DNA of 59,278 nt, counting the filler, from Alloascoidea hylecoeti (taxonomy: Eukaryota): the NCBI GenBank assembly GCA_001600815.1. It is 39 parts of 39 records of this genome, joined end to end, with 100 filler letters (N's around TTAATTAATTAA, not from the genome) between each part and the next. Parts side by side here need not be neighbours in the genome. Positions count along the whole stretch, not along the records: positions 22,162 to 23,660 come from BCKZ01000106.1; positions 23,761 to 25,251 come from BCKZ01000107.1; positions 25,352 to 26,757 come from BCKZ01000108.1; positions 26,858 to 28,278 come from BCKZ01000109.1; positions 28,379 to 29,799 come from BCKZ01000110.1; positions 29,900 to 31,318 come from BCKZ01000111.1; positions 31,419 to 32,802 come from BCKZ01000112.1; positions 32,903 to 34,285 come from BCKZ01000113.1; 31 more parts are not named here. One strand, written 5' to 3'. This document shows, piece after piece, positions 22,162-34,856 of this stretch. Below the pieces are notes generated by a model. The model ran no database searches and was not told the DNA's origin. It worked only from the letters and a program-made list of their open reading frames with translations. The translations under genes and the position numbers were made by a program. The first letter of the stretch is position 1, and every line of letters begins with the position of its first letter.

Positions 22162-23609
22162 TAGTCTCATTTTCACCAATACGATTATCAAAAGATGATG
22201 GTAAATTTGTAGGTTTATAACTATTAACCAGTCTCATTCTCCATCTAACACTCCAATGGAATTTAGCATTACTTGGTATTCTTCGGCGGCGGCCAAAATT
22301 GGGTATAAAAATTCTTGTCCATCTTCCTGTTTCGTTCTCTACACGATATGGAATTGGTAATATTTCAACTAACCACCATAATAATGTTTCAATAAAGGAA
22401 TTAGTTCCTCGTCCAGCAAATGCATTTTCCCTATAATAGTCTTGTTCGCACTTTTCGGAGTCTTCGTGTGACTGCAGCTCAATATCATTATTATTAACAG
22501 GGTTGCCGCCATGAATATTAGCTTTTAGTGAATGCATATGGTTTTCATCTTGATCATGAGAGCAATTATCGCGTGATATAAATGATAGGGTATCATGATC
22601 CTGAGCAACTAATGCTGCGTTAGAAGTCCAAAAATGATTGAACGTTTCAAGCACTTCTTCCTTATATCTTACTCCAAATTTGGATCCTTCTGAAATCATC
22701 CAACGAACAGAAATATCTGATAGATATGCATTATCACAGTTAGGATGCCATCCACCTCCAACATCTGCATGATTTCCAGGAAACCATAGTTCAAGTAAAT
22801 CAGAAAATNCAGCTTCATCTCTTTCAGGATAATCTTCATTCTTCCTAATTTTGTATGGAATCGCTGTATTTGCTTCCAAATCATGTTCTATGGGAATTTC
22901 TCTTGCAAACCATCTTGTTCTACAATAATTTGATTGGAAAGAACTTTGTTTAAATTTTGCCCTTCTTTCATCAACACTTAAAGCATGCCTAATATGCTTA
23001 ACGCCAGCATTTCTTGCTGTATAAGGAAACATTCTATCTCTGAGAATACCAGTGGAGTTCACAGAATCCCATAGCCCCATAAAATGAATTGGAACACTAC
23101 CATGAGTAAATAATCTTTTGAACTAAAAATTTAAGATAAATTAATATTAGTGAAAAAAAAANNTTTTTTAGATTTCATCATCAATTATAAATTAATACTT
23201 CATCGGCCAAATTAGTAGTTGCTCCAGGTTGAGAAGGCTGTCCAGCATACTCCCACGATTGATAAATCTTCCAGGCAGTTGGCACAAGCTCTTCTAAACC
23301 AATAGTCAATAATCCTACTCTTTCAATCATTCCAGCCAAAATTCGTGCTGTAAATGCACCACGGCTATACATAGTATATGTTATTATCAATTTTAAGATC
23401 TTCGAATAACATCGTTATATCTACTTACCTAAAACCAAACATGAAAATTCGAGAATTAGGTTCATAAGATCTCATTAAATATTTGTATGCAAGTATAATA
23501 TGTTGATCGATGGATATGGCGAACATTGCATCAATATTACGATGTAAATGATTTGTCAGACGATCCCATAATGATGGAGACTGGGTAGTAATGATTGTTC
23601 CAATTCCAG
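22162..23609 (-). CDS. DUF2235 / Tle1-like alpha/beta hydrolase (YEL023C-like), multi-exon, partial
   Basis: Introns 23365-23428 (GTAAGT..TAG, splits GFS|RG) and 23123-23198. Motifs GIGT, GFSRGAFTAR, GLWDSV, RHALSVDERR, WFPGNHADVGGG. Confidence 0.88.
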
Positions 23610-23760
23610 CTAATTGAAATATTAGCGTTTTAATATTGATTGAATAGTGTATATATTCCANNNNNNNNNNNNNNNNNNNNNNNNNNNNNNNNNNNNNNNN
23701 NNNNTTAATTAATTAANNNNNNNNNNNNNNNNNNNNNNNNNNNNNNNNNNNNNNNNNNNN

Positions 23761-25251
23761 CTCGTAGATAATTAGGGCATCATCTACATATAAACCGATG
23801 ATTATATGTCTCGTTTTATGTTTGAAAACATTGTTTACAGGAATGAAATTATGGTCTTCTAAGTATTTGGTGATATGACCTTGCCAAAGAGCCCCACTTC
23901 GTCTCAACCCATAAAGAGCTCTTAGTAATTTGAAATATTTGATATTCTCACCATATAACTCATAATAATATTTAGGCGCACGTATATAAACATCACCATC
24001 AATGTTAGAGTTTGTGTATGCATTCTTAAAATCTATAACTGTACTTCTCATCGATTGTTGTACTGCATAATTGAANAAAGCATAGAGACTGGATATGGCG
24101 AGTGTTGAGGCTTCGTATTCAACTTCATTATTTGGTTCTTCGAAGTTACCACAGACCACAGCACGGGCCTTTTNTACNTTTTTCTCAATTCCATCCTTAT
24201 CCAAAACGATTTTGTCACTTAATACCCATTTACTTGGTAATAAAGGCGCATCAGCTGGAATATCCAATACGTCATTAACCGGTTCTAAAGTATGTTCCAG
24301 TAATGTGTCTAATTCCGTCTTCATTGCGTGCTTATATTTCGCAAAGTTATCAGATATTATCATAATATCGTGCTCCTTCAATCTAGATCTTGTTGTTCTT
24401 TTGTTGGTAACAGGAATCTCTTCATTTGTGTTGATGTTGAGTTCCTTCTGAAGTCTAACCAACCTTTTGTTGCGTTTACTTGGCTCATCAATATACACAA
24501 CTGACCTAGTTTCAGCATTATCTCCAACGGTATTTGTTGTAGATTCATGATCATTATTATCCTTATTTTCATCATTACTATGAGTATTATCATATATATC
24601 TTCCAATGATTTATTACCGGTATTGAAATTATTTACTTCAACTTCAACGTTATCATGGTTCTTATTATTTTTATTATCATCCACATGCTTCCAATTATAA
24701 TTATAGACAATATTGTCACCTTCAATATCATCAANATCTTCAATAGTTTCGTCATCATTATCTTCAATATTAGAAACCTTCATATTATNTTTAGATTCTT
24801 TAACAACCACGTAGTGCTTGGTTGCTATTCTTTTCTTAAAGCCCTTTCCATTGGTTTCAATCAGAGCACCCCAAGGAGAGTCTAATCGAAAACCAAGATA
24901 GATGCCAGTATTACCTCTATTGGCCAACTTCTCCTTATTGAAAGGAATTCTATAAACAACTTTTGTACCAAAAGGATGAATATGCGATTTGCTAAATATA
25001 TTTCGCAACCCCAATTTTTCATAAGCATTTGTGACAATATTTCTCATAATGATACAATATTGAGAGCAAACATCCCAATATGAATCATTCAAGCCACAAC
25101 CTTCTAANGTGGATCTTACCAAATCCATTACTGTTCTGTTCTCGCGTTCCACACTTCCGTTTGACATGGGTGTATCAGCCGTATTCAATATTTGTTTGAT
25201 ACCATTTTCATTGCAATATTTCCTTAAACGTTCCGTGATAAATTCAGATCC
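23761..25251 (-). mobile_element. Ty1/copia pol fragment, family A (integrase C-terminus then RT N-terminus)
   Basis: GSEF..., SNGSVERENRT, GIYLG, SKWV...KARAV, DFKNAY, LRALYGLRRSG, LYVDD; integrase-before-RT order. Confidence 0.93.
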
Positions 25252-25365
25252 NNNNNNNNNNNNNNNNNNNNNNNNNNNNNNNNNNNNNNNNNNNNTTAAT
25301 TAATTAANNNNNNNNNNNNNNNNNNNNNNNNNNNNNNNNNNNNNNNNNNNNAAAAAAAAGTATAT

Positions 25366-26664
25366 ATGTCTAAAAATAGTATAAATAACATTGAATTAAA
25401 TTACATGGGAAAGGAAAAATATTTAAAATTATTATTGTGAGAAATAATAAATGTTCAAAAATATTATATATGAAATTCAGAATTATTGTATCAAATAGGA
25501 GAAGAGTATAATAGTAAAGGATTAAAAATACAACATTCAAATGGAATAAATAGTTGAAAATCTCAAACATATGATTATAATCCTCAAAATGAGATAAGAA
25601 TAACAATGTTAGATAGATTGGTAAGTGCGTTATTTCTTCAATATTTTAGAGTTTATATAATCAATAAAAGAGTAGAATATAGAAAATTGAGAGATTTATT
25701 ATGAGTAATGATAAGTCAACCAATATTTAAACATAGTAATGATGCATTAAGAATTATAATATTTATATATAGTCCACATTTTGAAATAAAAGGAAATACT
25801 GAAAATAACAAAGTAAATAAAGGTATAAATAACCAACCAAATTCTCCCTCGATAAAAAGTAACATCGAAATTGAAAAAGGTGAAAATGTAAGTCAAAATA
25901 AACCTGAATACTCTTTAGAGGAAGTAAGAAATAAAAACTCATTAAGTTATATAGTTTCAACTATAAGCCAATTACAATCTTTGTTAAATAAATCTAATAA
26001 TTATAATCGTTCATTTTCCAAAATATTAAGTCTAATATATAAAAAAGAAGTAACTATAGATTGTATAAGATTAAGAAGAATGTTTTTAGATAGTCAAATA
26101 TTGAGTGAAAGTCTATGTAAAATAATCATAGATAACAAGAAATCCTTAGTTGGTAAACTAAAAGTAGATATAATGTTAAGAATCAAAATAACTAGAGATA
26201 GATTATTATTAAGAGGATATATTTTAAGAAAATCTAAATTAAGATCTTTAAAATTGTCAAATATCGAAAGTATAATAACTACAAATATTTTAAAATTAAA
26301 TAATTTAATAGGTTGAGAAAATGTGGATACAGGACAAAGACAGTTATCTTGAAATGAAAATCTAAGTATTCTAGATATAAATCAAAATCTCTCAAAAAAA
26401 TCAGTGTTAAGAAGTTTATTATCAAATAGATATTTAGTGGGTTGTGGAATTAAAGTACATGGAAGAGTAGGTGTAAATAGAACGAATAGAACTCAACATG
26501 ATAGCTTGATGAAGGGAACTTTAAAAAATATAATAACAAGTAATGGAAATGTAAAAAATTATTATAATTTAAATTATAAAAGATCCAATGTTTCTAAAGG
26601 ATCTAAATCTAATTGAAATAAACATGGAAGTTATGTAGTAGCTTGTGAAATAGCTTCTGTGTAA
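25366..26664 (+). CDS. rps3: Mitochondrial ribosomal protein S3 (Var1-like), complete, 432 aa
   Basis: One frame with TGA=Trp. KGLKIQH...NSWKSQTYDYN, ISQPIFKHSND, RYLVGCGIKVHGR...RT...KGT, NKHGSY. Confidence 0.9.
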
Positions 26665-26857
26665 TAATATAAAAATATTCTGTTTTTTACTTTAAATTTT
26701 ATTATTAGGTATCAATCGTTCAGTAGCTTCCCCCTTGGTTTAAGCCACCACTCTTCANNNNNNNNNNNNNNNNNNNNNNNNNNNNNNNNNNNNNNNNNNN
26801 NTTAATTAATTAANNNNNNNNNNNNNNNNNNNNNNNNNNNNNNNNNNNNNNNNNNNN

Positions 26858-28278
26858 CTGTTCTTCGATCATAAAATAGAAGCCTTAAAATATATGGATG
26901 ATATTTTAATCGAGTCCCATGATTCCCTGTCAAACCATATTACCAAATTACACAAAATATTCGCAGTCTTCCAGAAAGAAAAATTGAAATTAAAATTAGA
27001 GAAATGTCATTTTTATCAATCCAGTGTCAATTGGGTTGGTCATGAAATTTCTAGCAACTCCATTTCTCCTACTCAAACGAATATTGATACGATCAATCAA
27101 ATATTTTCTAAACGACCTACAAGTAAGCATGACATTCAAGTTCTATTAGGACATATTGGATATTATATGAAAAATATTCCACACTTTGGAGACAAAACGT
27201 GGAATTTAACCAATTTACTACAAAAGAATGCAGTTTTTAAATGGCCTGTAGAATGTGAAACAGAATATCAAAATTTAAAAAATATAATATTACACCAATT
27301 AATTCCTTTTGACACTTCAAAGCCATGTGTCATTTTCTGCGACGCGTCACAATATGCTACTGGAAGCGTCCTTTTACAAGTTGATTCATCAGATGTATCC
27401 AAATTAAGACCCGTTTGTTTTCGAGCTCATAAATTCAATGCAGTGGAAAAGAATTGGTCTATAGGAGAGAAAGAGATGTTTTCCGTTATTAATGCGATTT
27501 CCCAGTTTCGCGTTTATATTCATGGCCACGATACCAAAATATATACTGACCATCATTCTGTTGCCGATATATTCAATAATCCTCAATCTGCGAAACAAGA
27601 ACGGTGGCTCGACAAAATACTTACTGCAAACGTTGAAGTAGTCTACGTTAAAGGAGAACTTAACGTGATAGCTGATCACCTCTCGAGATCACCACAATTT
27701 CAAGCGACTTCATACCATTTTACAACTATTCCAACTACTCAAGTTTGGTATTCTTTATTACGAACTTCCTATACAACTGATCCTGTTTTTAAGACTAAAT
27801 TAGATGGTAATGATCCCAAATTTACTCTACAAGATAAACTTTTATATAAAGCATCCAGACTTTGTATTCCACAACAACTTGTGACACCGTTTTTGGAGCA
27901 AGAACATTCTGATCTCCTTGCCGGTCACATTGGTATCCGCCGACTTATTTCCAAGTTAAGGCCGTATTATTACTTTAATGATTTTAATAAATCCATTCAA
28001 CATTTTGTACAGCAGTGCCACATCTGCCAAAGAGTGAAACATAAAAATTCCTTTCCACCAGGCCTTTTACAACTTCCCGATGTTCCTCCCAATCGATGGC
28101 ATACCATTCAACTTGATTTCATTACAGGTCTGCCATTAGTTACAAATTCGTTCGGCATGAAATTTGATGCAATCTTAACAATTGTCGACAAGTTAACTAG
28201 GAGATCAATTTTCATACCAACAGTTACCACAATCACATCCCAAGGTTTAATTGAACTTTTAACAACTCATGTGTTTGC
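26858..28278 (+). mobile_element. Ty3/gypsy pol fragment (RT, RNase H, integrase N-terminus), same family as 1-1880
   Basis: YMDD, CDASQYATGSVL, TDH, ADHLSR, HHCC (H..AGH...CHICQ), LDFITGLP. The last 95 bp are identical to 773-867. Confidence 0.95.
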
Positions 28279-28378
28279 NNNNNNNNNNNNNNNNNNNNNN
28301 NNNNNNNNNNNNNNNNNNNNNNTTAATTAATTAANNNNNNNNNNNNNNNNNNNNNNNNNNNNNNNNNNNNNNNNNNNN

Positions 28379-29799
28379 GCAAACACATGAGTTGTTAAAA
28401 GTTCAATTAAACCTTGGGATGTGATTGTGGTAACTGTTGGTATGAAAATTGATCTCCTAGTTAACTTGTCGACAATTGTTAAGATTGCATCAAATTTCAT
28501 GCCGAACGAATTTGTAACTAATGGCAGACCTGTAATGAAATCAAGTTGAATGGTATGCCATCGATTGGGAGGAACATCGGGAAGTTGTAAAAGGCCTGGT
28601 GGAAAGGAATTTTTATGTTTCACTCTTTGGCAGATGTGGCACTGCTGTACAAAATGTTGAATGGATTTATTAAAATCATTAAAGTAATAATACGGCCTTA
28701 ACTTGGAAATAAGTCGGCGGATACCAATGTGACCGGCAAGGAGATCAGAATGTTCTTGCTCCAAAAACGGTGTCACAAGTTGTTGTGGAATACAAAGTCT
28801 GGATGCTTTATATAAAAGTTTATCTTGTAGAGTAAATTTGGGATCATTACCATCTAATTTAGTCTTAAAAACAGGATCAGTTGTATAGGAAGTTCGTAAT
28901 AAAGAATACCAAACTTGAGTAGTTGGAATAGTTGTAAAATGGTATGAAGTCGCTTGAAATTGTGGTGATCTCGAGAGGTGATCAGCTATCACGTTAAGTT
29001 CTCCTTTAACGTAGACTACTTCAACGTTTGCAGTAAGTATTTTGTCGAGCCACCGTTCTTGTTTCGCAGATTGAGGATTATTGAATATATCGGCAACAGA
29101 ATGATGGTCAGTATATATTTTGGTATCGTGGCCATGAATATAAACGCGAAACTGGGAAATCGCATTAATAACGGAAAACATCTCTTTCTCTCCTATAGAC
29201 CAATTCTTTTCCACTGCATTGAATTTATGAGCTCGAAAACAAACGGGTCTTAATTTGGATACATCTGATGAATCAACTTGTAAAAGGACGCTTCCAGTAG
29301 CATATTGTGACGCGTCGCAGAAAATGACACATGGCTTTGAAGTGTCAAAAGGAATTAATTGGTGTAATATTATATTTTTTAAATTTTGATATTCTGTTTC
29401 ACATTCTACAGGCCATTTAAAAACTGCATTCTTTTGTAGTAAATTGGTTAAATTCCACGTTTTGTCTCCAAAGTGTGGAATATTTTTCATATAATATCCA
29501 ATATGTCCTAATAGAACTTGAATGTCATGCTTACTTGTAGGTCGTTTAGAAAATATTTGATTGATCGTATCAATATTCGTTTGAGTAGGAGAAATGGAGT
29601 TGCTAGAAATTTCATGACCAACCCAATTGACACTGGATTGATAAAAATGACATTTCTCTAANTTTAATTTCAATTTTTCTTTCTGGAAGACTGCGAATAT
29701 TTTGTGTAATTTGGTAATATGGTTTGACAGGGAATCATGGGACTCGATTAAAATATCATCCATATATTTTAAGGCTTCTATTTTATGATCGAAGAACAG
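28379..29799 (-). mobile_element. Reverse-complement duplicate of 26858-28278 (redundant contig)
   Basis: Same length (1421 bp), same ends and same translation. Confidence 0.95.
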
Positions 29800-29899
29800 N
29801 NNNNNNNNNNNNNNNNNNNNNNNNNNNNNNNNNNNNNNNNNNNTTAATTAATTAANNNNNNNNNNNNNNNNNNNNNNNNNNNNNNNNNNNNNNNNNNNN

Positions 29900-30148
29900 G
29901 TTTACATCAGTCTAGTTGAGGCTTAGTAGGGTAACGCATAAATGGCCCGAAAGTAAAATGTCCGAGTCAGTCTGCAAGAAGTCCGAAACCCGCAAGATCA
30001 CGGGGGTGAGCAGATATGGCGATTAGTAAAGTGACCTGCCTAAGGTTGGGGGGTGTGTTGGATATATATTACACTCTTAGAACAGTTCACTAAAGAGTCG
30101 ATTGGCTTTTTGGCGCAACTGGGAGAACAGGCACTTTGAACTTTAACA
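29900..30148 (+). mobile_element. TRIM-like element: 3' internal region, PPT and 93-bp LTR (30056-30148)
   Basis: GGTTGGGGGGTG immediately precedes TGTTGG...TTAACA. Confidence 0.85.
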
Positions 30149-30150
30149 AA

Positions 30151-30980
30151 TCCCACCCCATTTCTATATTTAATGGAAGACATAAAGAAGAATGGAAATT
30201 TGGTGTTGGTATACAATTATCCCAAGCCGGGATAAATACAAACAGTTATTTTTTGCATGATCTCAGTCACCATTTTACAAGAAATAATCCAAACTGATCT
30301 GAAGGTGCTAAAGAAGCTGGTGGAAACATCCAGAAAATAGACTCGGTGGTGATGGAATACTTGAATAAAACAACTGAAATAAAAAACATTTTGGAAGATC
30401 TAACTTTATATAAAAGATCATCTTTTAAGTTGTTTCAAACACAATCACCAATAATAACATTGACTGAGAAACTAAAAGTGTTTATGAGGGATTATTATAA
30501 TACAGTTAGTAGTTCCTTAAGTACAACAAAGGATATTATTAAAGAAGTTAAACATTTGTGTAACTTAATATCCGATTTAAAATTTACCGTAAAAGACTTG
30601 GAAAATCCACCATTACAAATATGCCTATCCATATTAATAGGAAGTACTTTTACTAAACAAATATTTAAACCTGGAGATTTGATGAAAGATGGTAATTTAG
30701 ATTATACCAATACCGAGATTCTCAAGAGATTTAAATCTCCAAATATTGAGAAAATTAATTAATGAAACCATAGATCAATATGGTATAAAAAAATTCATTG
30801 TGAATGAAAATTAAACAAATGAAAATAGCAATGTTTTCTTTACTAAACAATCAAAAACCAATGAAAATGAGAAGTTTAGTAAAAATGCAACGAATAAATC
30901 AGCCAAAAACACAGTAGGTGGAAGAAAACAAAATAATAATAGTAATAACTCAAATAATAATAATAATAATAATAAGTGTT
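30151..30980 (+). pseudogene. Decayed ORF, possibly copia Gag-like
   Basis: IFNGRHKEEWKF resembles the copia Gag N-terminal NG..Y..W motif. In-frame TGA near 30295, stop at 30762, then an Asn-rich (AAT)n tail. Confidence 0.4.
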
Positions 30981-31087
30981 GATGTTAAGGTGGTTAGTGA
31001 GTTAGTAAAAGTTACATTGCAATTGTGTTTTTATGTTTCACCATCAATCATTTATACAGATAACATATTTTAAATAGTTATATATAA

Positions 31088-31318
31088 TGTTGGATATATA
31101 TTACACTCTTAGAACAGTTCACTAAAGAGTCGATTGGCTTTTTGACGCAATTGGGAGAACAGGTACCTTGAACTTTAACATGGTAGCGGCGCCGCCACGA
31201 GAGGCATCAGGTTCGAGTCCGCCGTTTACATCAGTCTAGTTGAGGCTTAGTAGGGTAACGCATAAATGGCCCGAAAGTAAAATGTCCGAGTCAGTCTGCA
31301 AGAAGTCCGAAACCCGCA
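31088..31318 (+). mobile_element. TRIM-like element: 93-bp LTR (31088-31180), tRNA-iMet PBS and 5' internal region
   Basis: LTR differs from 30056-30148 at 4 positions. TGGTAGCGGCGC at 31181. 31224-31318 equals 29900-29994, giving a 199-bp internal region. Confidence 0.85.
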
Positions 31319-31560
31319 NNNNNNNNNNNNNNNNNNNNNNNNNNNNNNNNNNNNNNNNNNNNTTAATTAATTAANNNNNNNNNNNNNNNNNNNNNNNNNN
31401 NNNNNNNNNNNNNNNNNNTTTAGTTGTGGTCGCACCACTTAAATATAAGTAAAAGGGTGAAGGTGAACTAACCACAATATAAAAACTTTCTAGATAATAA
31501 AAGAGACTGCAGAACCTGTTTGTACCAGCACTCAATAACTGGTAAATGGAAGAAGCAATA

Positions 31561-32799
31561 GTCCTTTTAACTCAGATACTCAATGCTTAACTCTCACTCA
31601 AGTTAGGTGAAATGTTCAATCAAACAAGGCTAGTCAATCAAAAATATATGTTCTTGATCTTTTCTAGTAAACAAGGGGGATAGTTAGTTTATTAAAAGAA
31701 TGATCGATTTTATCAACAGTTACTATCCCAGAACTTATTGCCAAAACATTGGTGTTTGAGGCAGTAACACGACAAGACCGCAAAAAATTGTGACATACTG
31801 TACATATAACCTCATATATGTATCAATTTAGAATATTGTTTAAAGAATCCCTGTTAAGAGTAATATTGTACTTCTTTTTAGAGATAAATGCGAGCACTGT
31901 GAAAATATGCAGATGAGCTAATAAAGTCTCTTGCATACTTGAAGAAATTTGCATAAATCAGCATCAGATATTTTTACAAAAGATTTTGGACTTTTCTAAC
32001 CATGCTGCGTAAGTTTCTTTTAAAAACTTGATGGATTTAAATCTTTCAGGTAAATCCTCATATACTTCTCTCTTTAAAAATACCTTTTGGGGATTAAAAG
32101 GATAGATTCCAGCTATTTATACAGTCCAATTGAATATTTTTCAGGGTTATGGCTCCAGTGCTTGCCTTCCTATCTATAAAGTGGGGATGACGATGAATTG
32201 GTCTTGTGACAAGGAGATAGAGGTGCTGTAGTGGCTTTCTTTTTCACCAGACCTGAATCCAATTAATATTGAACACAGCATAAACGTTCATAAAAAATAT
32301 TATGGACGATTTTAAGAATATTTTAATGTCTTTTAGAGTATTCAGTAGCTGGCTGTCGTCTTGCCTTTTTTTTTTTGGAGTGGAGTGGAGTCTGAGAAAG
32401 CATAAGTTTTAAATTTAATCAATAATACTCTGAAAAATTATGATTACTATAATATATAATTCTAAGAGTCTATAGTTTTAATGAGGTGAGCCATGATCGA
32501 GAAAGTGAAATCTCAAGTAAGAATGACGATGCGAATTAAGAGAATCATACATAGAGAGATCAATATTAATATTAATATCCCTTCTAATTATTTTCGTGCT
32601 GCTGCTTCAAACGCCAATGCTTTGGTAGTAAGTTCGGGGATAGTAGCTAATGATAAATTCTTTTAATAAACTAACTATCCCCCTTGTTTACTAGAAAAGA
32701 TCAAGAAAACATATATTTTTGATTGACTAGCCTTGTTTGATTGAACATTTCACCTAACTTGAGTGAGAGTTAAGCATTGAGTATCTGAGTTAAAAGGAC
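31561..32799 (+). mobile_element. Decayed Tc1/mariner-type DNA transposon with ~210-bp TIRs
   Basis: 31561-31772 is inverted at 32594-32799 with TA outside both ends. Remnant WLSFSPDLNPI at 32232-32264 matches the WPxxSPDLNPIE motif. Confidence 0.8.
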
Positions 32800-32902
32800 T
32801 ATNNNNNNNNNNNNNNNNNNNNNNNNNNNNNNNNNNNNNNNNNNNNTTAATTAATTAANNNNNNNNNNNNNNNNNNNNNNNNNNNNNNNNNNNNNNNNNN
32901 NN

Positions 32903-34285
32903 GCATAAATGGCCCGAAAGTAAAATGTCCGAGTCAGTCTGCAAGAAGTCCGAAACCCGCAAGATCACGGGGGTGAGCAGATATGGCGATTAGTAAAGTG
33001 ACCTGCCTAAGGTTGGGGGGTGTGTTGGATATATATTACACTCTTAGAACAGTTCACTAAAGAGTCGATTGGCTTTTTGGCGCAACTGGGAGAACAGGCA
33101 CTTTGAACTTTAACAAATCCCACCCCATTTCTATATTTAATGGAAGACATAAAGAAGAATGGAAATTTGGTGTTGGTATACAATTATCCCAAGCCGGGAT
33201 AAATACAAACAGTTATTTTTTGCATGATCTCAGTCACCATTTTACAAGAAATAATCCAAACTGATCTGAAGGTGCTAAAGAAGCTGGTGGAAACATCCAG
33301 AAAATAGACTCGGTGGTGATGGAATACTTGAATAAAACAACTGAAATAAAAAACATTTTGGAAGATCTAACTTTATATAAAAGATCATCTTTTAAGTTGT
33401 TTCAAACACAATCACCAATAATAACATTGACTGAGAAACTAAAAGTGTTTATGAGGGATTATTATAATACAGTTAGTAGTTCCTTAAGTACAACAAAGGA
33501 TATTATTAAAGAAGTTAAACATTTGTGTAACTTAATATCCGATTTAAAATTTACCGTAAAAGACTTGGAAAATCCACCATTACAAATATGCCTATCCATA
33601 TTAATAGGAAGTACTTTTACTAAACAAATATTTAAACCTGGAGATTTGATGAAAGATGGTAATTTAGATTATACCAATACCGAGATTCTCAAGAGATTTA
33701 AATCTCCAAATATTGAGAAAATTAATTAATGAAACCATAGATCAATATGGTATAAAAAAATTCATTGTGAATGAAAATTAAACAAATGAAAATAGCAATG
33801 TTTTCTTTACTAAACAATCAAAAACCAATGAAAATGAGAAGTTTAGTAAAAATGCAACGAATAAATCAGCCAAAAACACAGTAGGTGGAAGAAAACAAAA
33901 TAATAATAGTAATAACTCAAATAATAATAATAATAATAATAAGTGTTGATGTTAAGGTGGTTAGTGAGTTAGTAAAAGTTACATTGCAATTGTGTTTTTA
34001 TGTTTCACCATCAATCATTTATACAGATAACATATTTTAAATAGTTATATATAATGTTGGATATATATTACACTCTTAGAACAGTTCACTAAAGAGTCGA
34101 TTGGCTTTTTGACGCAATTGGGAGAACAGGTACCTTGAACTTTAACATGGTAGCGGCGCCGCCACGAGAGGCATCAGGTTCGAGTCCGCCGTTTACATCA
34201 GTCTAGTTGAGGCTTAGTAGGGTAACGCATAAATGGCCCGAAAGTAAAATGTCCGAGTCAGTCTGCAAGAAGTCCGAAACCCGCA
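32903..34285 (+). mobile_element. Redundant copy of the TRIM / Gag-remnant contig (LTRs 33023-33115 and 34055-34147)
   Basis: Same sequence as 29936-31318 at an offset of 2967. Confidence 0.9.
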
Positions 34286-34439
34286 NNNNNNNNNNNNNNN
34301 NNNNNNNNNNNNNNNNNNNNNNNNNNNNNTTAATTAATTAANNNNNNNNNNNNNNNNNNNNNNNNNNNNNNNNNNNNNNNNNNNNTTTTTTTTTGAAATT
34401 TATTATATTTAATATATGGTATACAAAGAGGGAGGACTA

Positions 34440-34690
34440 TATATTAAAGATTCCGACTGTACATTAAGCAGCCTAATAGGCCACCCACCAGTGAGGCAGT
34501 CTGTAGCGATATCTTATTATATCGACGGTCTTGATTTTGAGGAATTTTTGACCGTTCCACTAGTGTAGCTTTTTATTAATATTTTAATCCTAATAAGAGT
34601 TTCGTCAGTGCGACGTTAATATTAAATATTTATATATAAAAAACTAGGATTATGGTATATTTATGTCTATGAGACTTACGGAGCCCGTTA
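34440..34690 (-). ncRNA. Group I intron catalytic core (IB-like); host exon not in window
   Basis: Minus strand has ...GAACGGTC...AAGACCGTC...GCTACAGACTG...AATGTACAGTCGG (R/S elements forming P7) downstream of the LAGLIDADG ORF. Confidence 0.75.
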
Positions 34691-34856
34691 CCATATATAT
34701 CCCCTATTAAATTCAATTAAAGGGGGCAGGGTGATAAACTCCACACATGGGCCCCTAGAAAAATATTCATATTAGAAGGACTTATTTTATTTTACATCTG
34801 CCTTATAACATTTAATAGCTTAAACTAAACCACACCCTTTTTTCCTATAATACACT

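Noticed and set aside
26858..29799. Apparent 1.4-kb palindrome of Ty3 pol
   Set aside because: Two separate contigs with identical ends in opposite orientation, adjacent only because of size sorting; redundant assembly output.
32903..34285. Independent second locus of the TRIM/Gag unit (likewise 47128-48372 for the Tc1 element)
   Set aside because: Indistinguishable from the first copies and sharing a contig end, so they cannot be counted as extra genomic copies.
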